Positions 19,457 to 29,345 of a stretch of DNA of 63,270 nt are shown in pieces (position 1 is the first letter of the stretch; each line of letters starts with the position of its first letter). The DNA is taken from positions 1-63,270 of the forward strand of contig JBOFEG010000020.1 in the NCBI GenBank assembly GCA_051647685.1. The letters are read 5' to 3'. Source of the DNA: Chlamydiales bacterium. Its GTDB lineage: Bacteria; Chlamydiota; Chlamydiia; Chlamydiales; CALTSX01. The notes under the pieces were generated by a model. It was given only the letters and a program-made list of their open reading frames with translations, did not search any database and was not told the origin of the DNA. The translations under genes and the position numbers were made by a program.

Positions 19457-20842
19457 ATGGAACGCGCTAATACGCCTACAGAAAAGGAAGAAGATACACA
19501 CAGTACCATTCTTCCTCCACCCCCTTTATCTACACATCATGGAAATCTTTCTACCCCTCCACAACAAAAAAAGACAATTACACGGATTACCGATTTACAG
19601 CGGATGACAATTGATGAACTCGCTCAATACGCAAAACATCTAGGCATCAAAAATCTAGGTGCTCTATCTAAATCTCAAGTAGTTTTTGAAGTTGTTAAAA
19701 CAATATCCGCGATGGAACAAGAAACTCTTGTCGGAGAAGGAGTACTGGAAGTGCTACCAGATGGCTTTGGGTTCTTGCGCTCTCCCAATTATAACTATTT
19801 CCCCTCTGCAGAAGATATTTATGTATCACCCGCACAGATTAGACGATTTAATTTGAAAAAAGGCGATACAATATATGGCTCTATAAGACCTCCTAAAGAC
19901 AAAGAGAAGTATTTCGCTTTGTTAAAAGTAGATCAATTGAATTATAAATCTCCAGAAACTGCTAGAGATCGCATAGCTTTCGAAAATCTCACTCCTGTTT
20001 TCCCAACTGAGAGATTGATTTTAGAAACCAATAAAGAAAAATTATCGACTCGAGTGATGGACTTGCTTACTCCTATAGCAAAGGGAACGCGGGGTCTTAT
20101 TGTGTCTCCTCCGAAATCTGGGAAAACCTCTTTATTGATCAATATCATTCAAGCTGTAGAACAAAACTATCCAGAAGTCTACGTCATCGTTCTTTTGATT
20201 GATGAGCGTCCAGAAGAGGTAACAGGACTTATGCGCAGCGTAATGCGAGCAGAAGTCGTAGCTTCCACTTTTGATGAACCGCCAGACCATCATACTCATG
20301 TAGCAGAAATGGTAATCGAGAAAGCTCGTCGCTTAGCAGAAGGTGGAACCGATGTGGTTATTTTCTTAGATTCTTTAACGCGACTTGCCCGAGCTTATAA
20401 TACAGTTCAACCTCATTCTGGAAAAATTTTAACCGGTGGAGTAGATGCTCACTCTCTTTATAAACCAAAGCGATTTTTTGGTTCGGCAAGAAAGCTAGAG
20501 CAAGGCGGCTCGCTGACTATCATTGCATCAGCTCTGACAGATACTGGATCTCGTATGGACGAAGTCATTTTTGAAGAGTTTAAAGCAACTGGTAACATGG
20601 AACTCGTGCTGGATCGAAAACTTGCAGAACGCAGATTATATCCCGCTATTGATCCGCTTCGCAGTAGTACGCGTAAGGAAGAACTATTACTACACCCTGA
20701 AGAATTAGAAAAAATTTATGAGTTTCGAAGGGCTCTCGCAGATCTGTCTACAACAGATGCCATGGGAATTTTGTTAGGGAGATTGCGGAAAACCAATAGT
20801 AATGCAGAATTCCTGCTTCGATTGAAAGATCTAAAAGATTAA
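19457..20842 (+). CDS. rho: transcription termination factor Rho (with N-terminal extension)
   Basis: RNA-binding GFGFLR, Walker A SPPKSGKTSLL, LIDERPEEV, FLDSLTRLARAYN. AAGGAG lies upstream. Confidence 0.95.
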   Translation: MERANTPTEKEEDTHSTILPPPPLSTHHGNLSTPPQQKKTITRITDLQRMTIDELAQYAKHLGIKNLGALSKSQVVFEVVKTISAMEQETLVGEGVLEVLPDGFGFLRSPNYNYFPSAEDIYVSPAQIRRFNLKKGDTIYGSIRPPKDKEKYFALLKVDQLNYKSPETARDRIAFENLTPVFPTERLILETNKEKLSTRVMDLLTPIAKGTRGLIVSPPKSGKTSLLINIIQAVEQNYPEVYVIVLLIDERPEEVTGLMRSVMRAEVVASTFDEPPDHHTHVAEMVIEKARRLAEGGTDVVIFLDSLTRLARAYNTVQPHSGKILTGGVDAHSLYKPKRFFGSARKLEQGGSLTIIASALTDTGSRMDEVIFEEFKATGNMELVLDRKLAERRLYPAIDPLRSSTRKEELLLHPEELEKIYEFRRALADLSTTDAMGILLGRLRKTNSNAEFLLRLKDLKD

Positions 20843-20851
20843 TTAACTTGT

Positions 20852-22159
20852 ATGGGTAAAGTCCGAAACCTTCTTTTAATTACCTCCTCCGGCGGAGGAG
20901 GGCATTTACAAGCGGCTAAGGCAAAAGTAGCCTCTATTCGGTCTAGTAACCCAAATGCAATTATTTATCAGCAAGATCTTTTGTTAGATTGGCTTGGCCC
21001 AATCATCGGAAGATTGTTCGGCTGGGTTTGGAATTTTTCTATGAAAAAGGGCTGGGTAGTCGTGCAAGAGCGACTCCAACAATCGCAAAGATTTTTAGAT
21101 ATTACTTTTTGGCCTTTGATCTTTACCTACACTCTGACTCAACTTATACGCAAAGATATTGATGAGATTATTGATACGCAACCCCTGGGTACTTCTGCCA
21201 TTATAAAAGCGACACGCCTAGCTAGTTTCTGGACGAAAAAACCATTATTTGTCGAAAAAGTGATTACAGAACTACCAACAGAAGAAGTGACCCATTTTTT
21301 TAAACCTATTAAAAGGCTCTCGGATAAAGATCGGATTTTTCTTCGAATTATTAGTGCAAAACCTTTGGCTATAGACACAGCTAAGCAATTCTGGCATAAG
21401 GCATGTAATATCGATGAAGCAAATGTCTCTTATGAGGGGCTACCACTCAGGCCCGCCTTCTATAAATATATAGATAGTGTTCCATCTAGTATTTCTCTAT
21501 CAGTATCTATCCAATATGCTCACCACAGGAAAATGATTATAAGATCGTTACAAAGAGGATGCATACAAGCAAATATTCAAAATGATGCTATTTATTTTAC
21601 AGTAAATCCAGATGACTATGTATTTACATTGATGCTTGGCAGTCAACCGACAGAAAAAGCAACAGCTCAATACGTCAAAAACTTTATTTCTTTCTATCGG
21701 AAATTTCCAATATCTAAAAAAAGTCATCTTTTTGTATTATGTGGCCATTATTATCGAAGTTGCCCACTCTTACATAAAATTTATAATTTGGTTTGCTCTA
21801 CGCAAGAATATCCAAGTGGGTTGACGGTAATTCCACTTCCCTTTCAGGATGATACTATCATTGCACCTCTTTTTGCGCGTAGTAACGCTACTTTTACTAG
21901 GAGTGGAGGGATTACGTCTCTAGAGCTAATGGCTGTTGCTAGAGGAAATATTTGGATTCATATGGAGCATCACAGTAAAAATACACTGTTTCGTAAACCA
22001 TACCCCTATATGGTTAGTTGGGAGCGAGGGAATGCATTTTATCTTCATTCTATTAAAGGAGCACAGTTTATTACACCAGATAAAGTATTTACTGTCCTTT
22101 CCCAATTTATAGATCATCTAAATAGTCAAGAAGCCCTATCCAATCATGTCGATCAATAA
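20852..22159 (+). CDS. putative GT-B glycosyltransferase (MGDG-synthase/UgtP-like)
   Basis: N-terminal LLITSSGGGGHLQAAKA, C-terminal TRSGGITSLELMA and WERGNAFYL resemble the MGDG_synth + GT-B C-domain pattern. The middle is divergent. Confidence 0.5.
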   Translation: MGKVRNLLLITSSGGGGHLQAAKAKVASIRSSNPNAIIYQQDLLLDWLGPIIGRLFGWVWNFSMKKGWVVVQERLQQSQRFLDITFWPLIFTYTLTQLIRKDIDEIIDTQPLGTSAIIKATRLASFWTKKPLFVEKVITELPTEEVTHFFKPIKRLSDKDRIFLRIISAKPLAIDTAKQFWHKACNIDEANVSYEGLPLRPAFYKYIDSVPSSISLSVSIQYAHHRKMIIRSLQRGCIQANIQNDAIYFTVNPDDYVFTLMLGSQPTEKATAQYVKNFISFYRKFPISKKSHLFVLCGHYYRSCPLLHKIYNLVCSTQEYPSGLTVIPLPFQDDTIIAPLFARSNATFTRSGGITSLELMAVARGNIWIHMEHHSKNTLFRKPYPYMVSWERGNAFYLHSIKGAQFITPDKVFTVLSQFIDHLNSQEALSNHVDQ

Positions 22160-22634
22160 ATATAGAAATATCTTCCCATCTGTCGCATCCAATCTTTTCG
22201 CTGAAATTCTTAACATAAGGTAATAAATTATCTCTTTCGGCTTCTATTTCCATCTTTTCAGATAATCCTGTTATAAATTCCTTTCTTTTAAAGTAACTAG
22301 AATTAATTAATTTCATACTTTTAGCTAATTCTGGTTGTGAATAAATATATGCTAAAAAACTTAAAGGATGGACATGTCTAATACGATCTCCTAATCGATT
22401 CATCTCTTTAACATGCCAAAGTAGCCTCCCAATTCCCCAATTCCCAAGTTGTATAATTAGTTTCGCGATATTATTTTGATCTACTTGTTGTATAAAGAAT
22501 AATTCGTTGTAAGACTCTTCCACTACAGAATTAGAATAGTTAGAACCATTGAATGTTACTACCCCAATAACGATATTACCATAAAGAAAAATTCCTAGGA
22601 TAATCCAATTAGAATAGCGAATTATATAATCCAA
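22107..22634 (-). CDS. hypothetical membrane-anchored protein
   Basis: 175-aa ORF 4 nt downstream of the FkbM-like gene on the same strand. N-terminal TM (WIILGIFLYGNIVIGVV). No recognisable domain. Confidence 0.35.
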   Translation of the reverse strand: MDYIIRYSNWIILGIFLYGNIVIGVVTFNGSNYSNSVVEESYNELFFIQQVDQNNIAKLIIQLGNWGIGRLLWHVKEMNRLGDRIRHVHPLSFLAYIYSQPELAKSMKLINSSYFKRKEFITGLSEKMEIEAERDNLLPYVKNFSEKIGCDRWEDISIFIDRHDWIGLLDYLDDL

Positions 22635-22638
22635 ATTA

Positions 22639-23430
22639 TTACTTAGGTAGGGCTAAATAATCATCAATTAATATTTTTTTTACTATGTAATCCATACTTT
22701 CTAATGTCTGAATAGTATGTTGTATTTTTTGATTCATTTCAGGATTTGGATTCCATCCACACCCACCTCTTATTTCAATTATTAATATAGGTCTTGAGCG
22801 CGCAATTGTTTCTTTAGCTCCTTCTAAAAATTCATCTTCAGTGGATTCAATGTCAATTTTCATTAAAGCAATATTGTCTAAGTTAAAAGAATCTAAAGTA
22901 CGATATTCTCGAATCCAATTTATATCATACGAACTCCCAGTCATTTCTTTCTCTTCATTTTTATCTCCTAACCAAATTAAATAAGGAAAAATATTTGTTC
23001 GCAGATTAGAATAGATATTCCAATATAATTCTCTAAACAATGTTAAGTCAGCTTCAAAAGAGAGAACTTTCCCAGTACTTTCGACTAGATTGCTCATAGC
23101 GAAAGTAATTGTTCCGATGTGAGCACCTACATCAATAACTGTATCTCCTTTTTTGACAAATTTCTTTAGTAAATCAACAATATATGGTTCCCAAACTTTC
23201 CCTTTTCTAACTGTATCTTTTACACAGTCATTATAACCACCAACCCAAAACCATGTTGTAATTTCTGGAACATAGTGCGCTTTATAAGACTCCCATGGCA
23301 TCTTATCCAAATATTTAAATATATACTCATCTTTTGGATAATACGTTGGTAATTGTACTGCACTAATTTTGTAATTTATTCCTATTATTGCTAATAATAA
23401 AAACCCATACAAATAATTTATTTTTTTCAT
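22639..23430 (-). CDS. FkbM-family SAM methyltransferase with N-terminal signal peptide
   Basis: VIDVGAHIGTITFAMS (SAM motif I) and MKIDIESTEDEFLEGA are FkbM hallmarks. N-terminus MKKINYLYGFLLLAIIGINYKISA looks like a Sec signal. Confidence 0.7.
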   Translation of the reverse strand: MKKINYLYGFLLLAIIGINYKISAVQLPTYYPKDEYIFKYLDKMPWESYKAHYVPEITTWFWVGGYNDCVKDTVRKGKVWEPYIVDLLKKFVKKGDTVIDVGAHIGTITFAMSNLVESTGKVLSFEADLTLFRELYWNIYSNLRTNIFPYLIWLGDKNEEKEMTGSSYDINWIREYRTLDSFNLDNIALMKIDIESTEDEFLEGAKETIARSRPILIIEIRGGCGWNPNPEMNQKIQHTIQTLESMDYIVKKILIDDYLALPK

Positions 23431-23616
23431 CCCTATTTCCTTTGTAGAAAATATTTTTTTATTCCTAATGTTTATATCGTTAACACTACTAAAAAATAAA
23501 TTTTATTATCAATATATTATTCACACAATGCAAGCATTTGATTGCTAGGCAATATCTATTATAGCAAAACCTATCTATATGATATTATTAAAAATAAAAT
23601 ACTTTTAATATCCCTT

Positions 23617-24888
23617 ATGGACAAACAACATTATATAGCGGCTAAGGAAATCGTAGATATTCTACAATCTAAAAAATATATCGCTTATTTTAACGGAGGG
23701 TGGGTACGAGATTTTTTAATGAAACATCCGTCCAACGATATTGATATTGTAACGGATGCCCCAATACCTGTAATACAAAAACTTTTTCCCAAAATTATTC
23801 CTGTAGGAATTTCTTTTGGCATTCTCATTGTTATATATAAAGGACATCAATTTGAAGTAGCTACCTTTCGTAAAGAATATGACTATAAAGATGGGAGAAG
23901 ACCTTCGTACATTACAACTGCAACGCCAGAAGAAGATGCTAAGCGTAGAGATTTTACCATAAATGGAATGTTTTATGATCCTATTTGTAATGTCTTATAT
24001 GATTATGTAGATGGACAGAGGGATATAAAAAAGAAAATAGTTAGAGCTATAGGAGATCCCAATTTGCGTTTTATGGAAGATCGCCTACGTATGATTAGAG
24101 CAGTACGTTACTCCGTACGTTTTCATTTTACTATAGAACCAAAAACTTTGCATGCTATTATGGATCAGTCGAATCATCTATTTCCGTCTGTTGCAATAGA
24201 GAGAATTTGGAATGAATTTCAAAAAATGTCATCCGCTCAAGACTTCTATAAGGCTTTGATTTTACTCTATCAATTAGGATTGCTTACAGTGATACTTCCA
24301 GATCTAAAAGATAATACACTAGAAGTTTTACAAAACAATCTTCGATATTTACCCCACTTCCCAAAGAAAACTCCTTTAATTATTAAAATACTCGAATTAT
24401 TCCCAAAATATTCTCTAGATCAAAAGATCAAACTATGTAACTACCTCAAATCTTCTAAAGAGGATAAGGCTTTAGCGATATTTTGGCATAAATTCGAGAG
24501 GTTCCTCTCTATTTTGCCTATAGAGAAAAAACATTGGGATTCTCTTGTAGAATTTTATGCACATCCACAATCTGAATTATTATTACAAATAATATACACA
24601 AAATGTACACCATCAGATCAAATCACCGTTGAAAAAGAACATGCTAACTTGCAAAAATTATTGGCTAGTCCTATTGAACGCAGAAAAACCCGTATTTTTC
24701 TTTTAACGGGAGCCGCCCTTATCCATCAAGGAATCCCACCAGGCAAGCATCTGAAAGCGTTACTTAACGAAGGCGAACATCTCGCTATCATTCACGATTT
24801 ACACACTCCAGCAGCAGTTTTTAAACAATTGCAACAGTCTTATGTCTGGAAAAATTACATAGTTCGTATTAATTCTACAGAAAATTAA
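23617..24888 (+). CDS. tRNA nucleotidyltransferase (CCA-adding) / poly(A) polymerase family protein
   Basis: GGWVRDFLM..SNDIDIVT and RRDFTINGMFYD motifs. ATG at 23617 preferred over the TTG at 23542. Confidence 0.75.
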   Translation: MDKQHYIAAKEIVDILQSKKYIAYFNGGWVRDFLMKHPSNDIDIVTDAPIPVIQKLFPKIIPVGISFGILIVIYKGHQFEVATFRKEYDYKDGRRPSYITTATPEEDAKRRDFTINGMFYDPICNVLYDYVDGQRDIKKKIVRAIGDPNLRFMEDRLRMIRAVRYSVRFHFTIEPKTLHAIMDQSNHLFPSVAIERIWNEFQKMSSAQDFYKALILLYQLGLLTVILPDLKDNTLEVLQNNLRYLPHFPKKTPLIIKILELFPKYSLDQKIKLCNYLKSSKEDKALAIFWHKFERFLSILPIEKKHWDSLVEFYAHPQSELLLQIIYTKCTPSDQITVEKEHANLQKLLASPIERRKTRIFLLTGAALIHQGIPPGKHLKALLNEGEHLAIIHDLHTPAAVFKQLQQSYVWKNYIVRINSTEN

Positions 24889-25082
24889 ATTTTTTATTTT
24901 CTTTTAAAGATATTTCTTCTAAACTTCTTCTCGTTTTTTATAAAAAATCACACCTTTATGTTTTTATCTATTAAATAGGATAAAACTCATATTTATTTAT
25001 AATATTTAATTAATAAAAAGGAATCTTTTTTAAAATATGTTTTATATAAACACCATTTGTAATTAATTTCATCTCTAATTTT

Positions 25083-28000
25083 ATGTTACAACCACTTATT
25101 TTTTCTTCATTTCAAGTCAGGTTTGCGGGTCCAGCTTATATGAATAGTAATACCCCTATTCATATAAATGATATTAACTATATTTTATTCGAATTATACA
25201 AACTATATCCTAACGTAAAAGATACAGATCTTTTAGAATCTTTAAGTAAATGGATATTGCTTTTTGGATGGAAACAAACAGAGTCTAATGACTTTCGTCT
25301 TTTTTTCTTTGCCCAGTCTCTTGGGCAAAATCGGGAAAATACAGATTTAATTTGCTTAGTACAAAAGCGATTTTCCGATATATCCCTATGGCCTCATGCC
25401 GCTGTACGCTCTTTTCCCTTTCTCCTTTCTCAATTTTCTCACAAAGTTTTTTTTGTTACAGAACTATCTTTAATTCCAACTAAGGTTTCTCAAGTACTTT
25501 ATATAACTACTCAGCTACATAATTTTCGAAAAGAACTTACAACTATCTCAAGCACTTCATATAACTCTAAAATACAGCCCTCTATTCCTGCTCATACAGA
25601 AATTTTATATTATCTCACACGAATCAAATCCAAATGGCCAGGATATTTTGAAAATGATTTACTAGAAGACTTCTACACTTTCATGGTGTTGACTGATAGA
25701 CATTTTCGAAGCTATAGAAATTCTATTCATTTGACAAAAGTAATTGCTAGTCATTATCGGATGCGAAAATATCTTCATCAAATCATTAACTTGACTCCCA
25801 ATCAAAATTATTTTCTCTATAGAATATTTCCAACAAAACTAAACCTGCCCCGAAAAAGTATACCTATTCTCGGACTTTGTATTTCTATGTTTTTTCCAAA
25901 TGGTTATGAGCGCTTTGAAGAAAATCACTTTCTTTTAGCATTGCAACACTATTATCCTAATATTTCTATAGTCCCTAATTCCCTGCATATTCATCTCCGC
26001 CCGCATACTCCTATCCAATCTTTTTATCTAGAGATTGAGAAAAGAGATCATACTATTTTTTTAAGAGAGGAAATCAAACATCTCAGAGAGATTATGTCTC
26101 GTGACTTCCCAAGATATATAGAAAAAGTCGTTCCTTTAATTTTTAAAAAAAGAAACGAAGAAGAAGTAATTAGAAATATTTTACTATTAAATCGAGAGAT
26201 TAAAACAAACTATGATATTCCCCAGATGATCTTATTATTAGAAGAAGTAACTGTAAACTCTCTAGTTTTCAATATGCTTCTTGTGAGAGTAATTACTAAA
26301 AAAACTCCATCGATACGCTCATACTTACAAAAAATATCTACAGAAGTGGAGTTTACTATAGACTGGAGCCGTGTTATTGGGAATTTCGGTAAAAATTACC
26401 AAAAAGAAGCTGTAGTTGTGCGGATCATTGTACGAAAAGAACCCTGTTTTTTGCGTTCTGATTTTTCTATCAACTTTTATCTTGTACGACAAAAAGTACT
26501 TTCATTAATTCATAGCGCGATTGGTAAAGTACGAGACTACAATGGAGGAATTTTAGAAAAACAAGAGGAACAACTCGCTATATTGCAAAAACAATTCACA
26601 AAAGCCACTAGACAAAACCCAGATTTATTAGAAGAATTTTTCTACTCTCTTACTCCTCTAGAGGCGCAAGTAGCTTTTAATCCATCTATTATTGCTATGT
26701 TATTTGATCTATTTTTACAAGCAATTAATGAACCTTTATCTGAAGTTGCTTTATATACACTAAAAGAACATCAATATGAAAACTTTCATTTTATTGTTAT
26801 TCGTAGTTTGGATCCTTCTTGTAATAAAATGATCCACGATAAAATAAACCTATCTCTACTTCGTCGAGATTTCTTAATACATGCTAATATAACTTATCTA
26901 TCCAGTAATCTCATTGGTTATATTTGTAAAGATCTTAAAACTAAGGCGAGGCTTCTACAAGCTAAGAATTCATGGATTAAAAATCGACACCCACAAAAAG
27001 GAATTACTATATTTTCTAAAAAGAATTTCCCCTCGTTTCTAGGAAGCCTTCGATTAGATCCAAGACTTAGTGGCTTCCATTCTTCTGATATGATTGTGCG
27101 ATTGCTATACGAGGGACTACTGCGACTTGCAGCAGGTGCAAGTTACAATTTTGGCATAGCTAAATCTCTTTGTATTTCTGTGGATCAAAAAACTTATACC
27201 TTTTCTTTGCGTAAAAGCTATTGGAATAATGGAGAACTAGTAACGGCTTATGACTTTCTATATTCTTGGGAAACAATCATTTCCCCAAAATCATCCAATC
27301 CTTTCGTGCACTTTTTTTATCCTATTAAAAATGCCAGATCTATTAAATATGAATTGCAACCTATGAGTGCACTTGGAGTCCATGCAATTGATGATATGAC
27401 TCTACAGATAGAACTAGAGCACCCATGTCCTTATTTTCTCGAACTCATCTGTCATCCCCTTTATTTTCCTATGCATTTCCGAAGCGATCAGGGTTACTCC
27501 GATTTATCTTGGTGTAAAAATAAAGAATATATCTGTAATGGCCCTTTTCAAATTAAACAAGCGATCGACGGGGAGAGATATACACTTATAAAAAATCTAT
27601 TTTATTGGGATAAAACAAATATAAAATTGGACTATATTATTTTCTCTCAAATGACTACACAACTGGCAGTGGAGCAATTTAAAAATCAGAAAATTCACTG
27701 GATAGGAACTCCATGGGCTTCTTGGGATTCTCCATTTTATGCTCTTCTTCCTAAACGGAGTGTTTTCAATAATAAAAATACACACTGCATCTACTGGTTA
27801 GTTTTTAATATAAAACAATTTCCATTTCACAATAAAAAAATCAGACAAGCATTATCCTATATTTTAAATCGGAAAAAAATTTGCTCCCAATTCCCAAAAG
27901 AATTAGTTCCAGCCTATGCACCTCTTCCAACATCAAGTCATTTACATAAACAACATATACATAAAATATCTCCCAAAGTTCTCTTTCAAGAGGCTCTACA

Positions 28001-28493
28001 AGAATTAAATTTATCATTGCAATCCTTTCCAGAAATTGTATTGACTTATTCCAATAATGAGATGTGGAAGAAAGTTGCTATCCTCATTAAATCTCAATGG
28101 GAAGATATGCTGGGAATACAATGTAAACTAGAAGCTCATCACGAAGAGCATTTTACCACGCTCTACTCAAAAAATCACCACATTGCCACTGTGAACTGGT
28201 ATTCTGCCATATCAGATCCTATGTACACTTTTTATTCCTTTTTTGCACAAGGCGAATGCGTGAATTTTTCTAACTGGCGTAATATGCGATATGAAAAACT
28301 ATTTCTACTTGCTAATCGATCTACGTTACACAGAGAAAAATACTTCGCAAAAATGGAAGAAATTTTATTAGAGGAAGTTCCAATAGCCCCCATTGCATAT
28401 AAAAAAAGTTTATTTATCAAACAAAAAAATCTAGTAACCCCTCCTCTTCTTTCTAATGGTTTTATAGATTTAAAATTTTCTCGCCTAAATTAA
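25083..28493 (+). CDS. large fusion protein: unknown N-terminal ~650 aa plus C-terminal family-5 (OppA/DppA-type) solute-binding domain; no signal peptide
   Basis: From about nt 27040: LLYEGLLRL, TYTFSLRKSYWNNGELVTAYDFLYSWE, GPFQIK, YWDK are typical SBP_bac_5 landmarks. I recognise no domain in the N-terminal part. Confidence 0.6.
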   Translation: MLQPLIFSSFQVRFAGPAYMNSNTPIHINDINYILFELYKLYPNVKDTDLLESLSKWILLFGWKQTESNDFRLFFFAQSLGQNRENTDLICLVQKRFSDISLWPHAAVRSFPFLLSQFSHKVFFVTELSLIPTKVSQVLYITTQLHNFRKELTTISSTSYNSKIQPSIPAHTEILYYLTRIKSKWPGYFENDLLEDFYTFMVLTDRHFRSYRNSIHLTKVIASHYRMRKYLHQIINLTPNQNYFLYRIFPTKLNLPRKSIPILGLCISMFFPNGYERFEENHFLLALQHYYPNISIVPNSLHIHLRPHTPIQSFYLEIEKRDHTIFLREEIKHLREIMSRDFPRYIEKVVPLIFKKRNEEEVIRNILLLNREIKTNYDIPQMILLLEEVTVNSLVFNMLLVRVITKKTPSIRSYLQKISTEVEFTIDWSRVIGNFGKNYQKEAVVVRIIVRKEPCFLRSDFSINFYLVRQKVLSLIHSAIGKVRDYNGGILEKQEEQLAILQKQFTKATRQNPDLLEEFFYSLTPLEAQVAFNPSIIAMLFDLFLQAINEPLSEVALYTLKEHQYENFHFIVIRSLDPSCNKMIHDKINLSLLRRDFLIHANITYLSSNLIGYICKDLKTKARLLQAKNSWIKNRHPQKGITIFSKKNFPSFLGSLRLDPRLSGFHSSDMIVRLLYEGLLRLAAGASYNFGIAKSLCISVDQKTYTFSLRKSYWNNGELVTAYDFLYSWETIISPKSSNPFVHFFYPIKNARSIKYELQPMSALGVHAIDDMTLQIELEHPCPYFLELICHPLYFPMHFRSDQGYSDLSWCKNKEYICNGPFQIKQAIDGERYTLIKNLFYWDKTNIKLDYIIFSQMTTQLAVEQFKNQKIHWIGTPWASWDSPFYALLPKRSVFNNKNTHCIYWLVFNIKQFPFHNKKIRQALSYILNRKKICSQFPKELVPAYAPLPTSSHLHKQHIHKISPKVLFQEALQELNLSLQSFPEIVLTYSNNEMWKKVAILIKSQWEDMLGIQCKLEAHHEEHFTTLYSKNHHIATVNWYSAISDPMYTFYSFFAQGECVNFSNWRNMRYEKLFLLANRSTLHREKYFAKMEEILLEEVPIAPIAYKKSLFIKQKNLVTPPLLSNGFIDLKFSRLN

Positions 28494-28559
28494 ACTGTGT
28501 TTTTTAGTGATAAAAAAAAAAAGTTATCTTAGGATGTATCTTTTTCTTCAGGAGATTTT

Positions 28560-29249
28560 ATGAAAAAATTTTTTCTTTCTTGTATAGCATTAGTATTTTG
28601 TAATTACACTTATGGAATCTCTCCTAAACCGGAAATCATTCAGGCACATAAAAAATATATTCAAAGAGAACTTAAATATATAGAAGGATGGTGTTCAGCG
28701 GAAAAAGCTTTAGCTATATTTGATCTTATTGTAAAAGAAAATCCAAAAATTTGTGTAGAAATTGGAGTTTGGGGTGGATCTTCTATTTTTCCCACTGCAG
28801 TTGCGTTAAAATTATTAGGAAATGGAGGAGTTGTATTTGCAATCGATCCTTGGAGTACACAAGAATGCATTAAACATTATGAAAAAGGGGATCCCAATTT
28901 TGAATGGTGGTCTAAAGTTGACATCCAGAAAATTTATACTTCTTATACAAATATGCTTCAAAAATTCGATATTGCTTCTCAATGTATTACTTGTAAGGAA
29001 ACCTCATCTAACGCTTATACAAAAATTCCGTCTAATATCGATATATTACATATCGATGGGAATCATTCTGAAGAGTCTTCTTTCTTTGACATAGTTACTT
29101 ATTACCCTAAGGTTAAATCGGGAGGATATATTTGGTTCGATGATAAAAATTGGATTACAACAAAAAAAGCTATTGATTACTTATATGAACACTGCAACTA
29201 TGTACAAATGGTTGACAATGGCAATTGTATCTTATTTCAAAAACCATAA
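28560..29249 (+). CDS. class I SAM-dependent methyltransferase (Methyltransf_24-like) with signal peptide
   Basis: CVEIGVWGGSS (motif I), FAIDPW, LHIDGNHS, GGYIWFDD. N-terminus MKKFFLSCIALVFCNYTYG is signal-like. Confidence 0.6.
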   Translation: MKKFFLSCIALVFCNYTYGISPKPEIIQAHKKYIQRELKYIEGWCSAEKALAIFDLIVKENPKICVEIGVWGGSSIFPTAVALKLLGNGGVVFAIDPWSTQECIKHYEKGDPNFEWWSKVDIQKIYTSYTNMLQKFDIASQCITCKETSSNAYTKIPSNIDILHIDGNHSEESSFFDIVTYYPKVKSGGYIWFDDKNWITTKKAIDYLYEHCNYVQMVDNGNCILFQKP

Positions 29250-29345
29250 ACTGAAGGTATATTTGACTTTTACAGTACAATGATGTAACAAATAATGTTC
29301 ATATATGTAAAATAATCAAACTGTTAGTAATTTCCTCGAGTTAAA

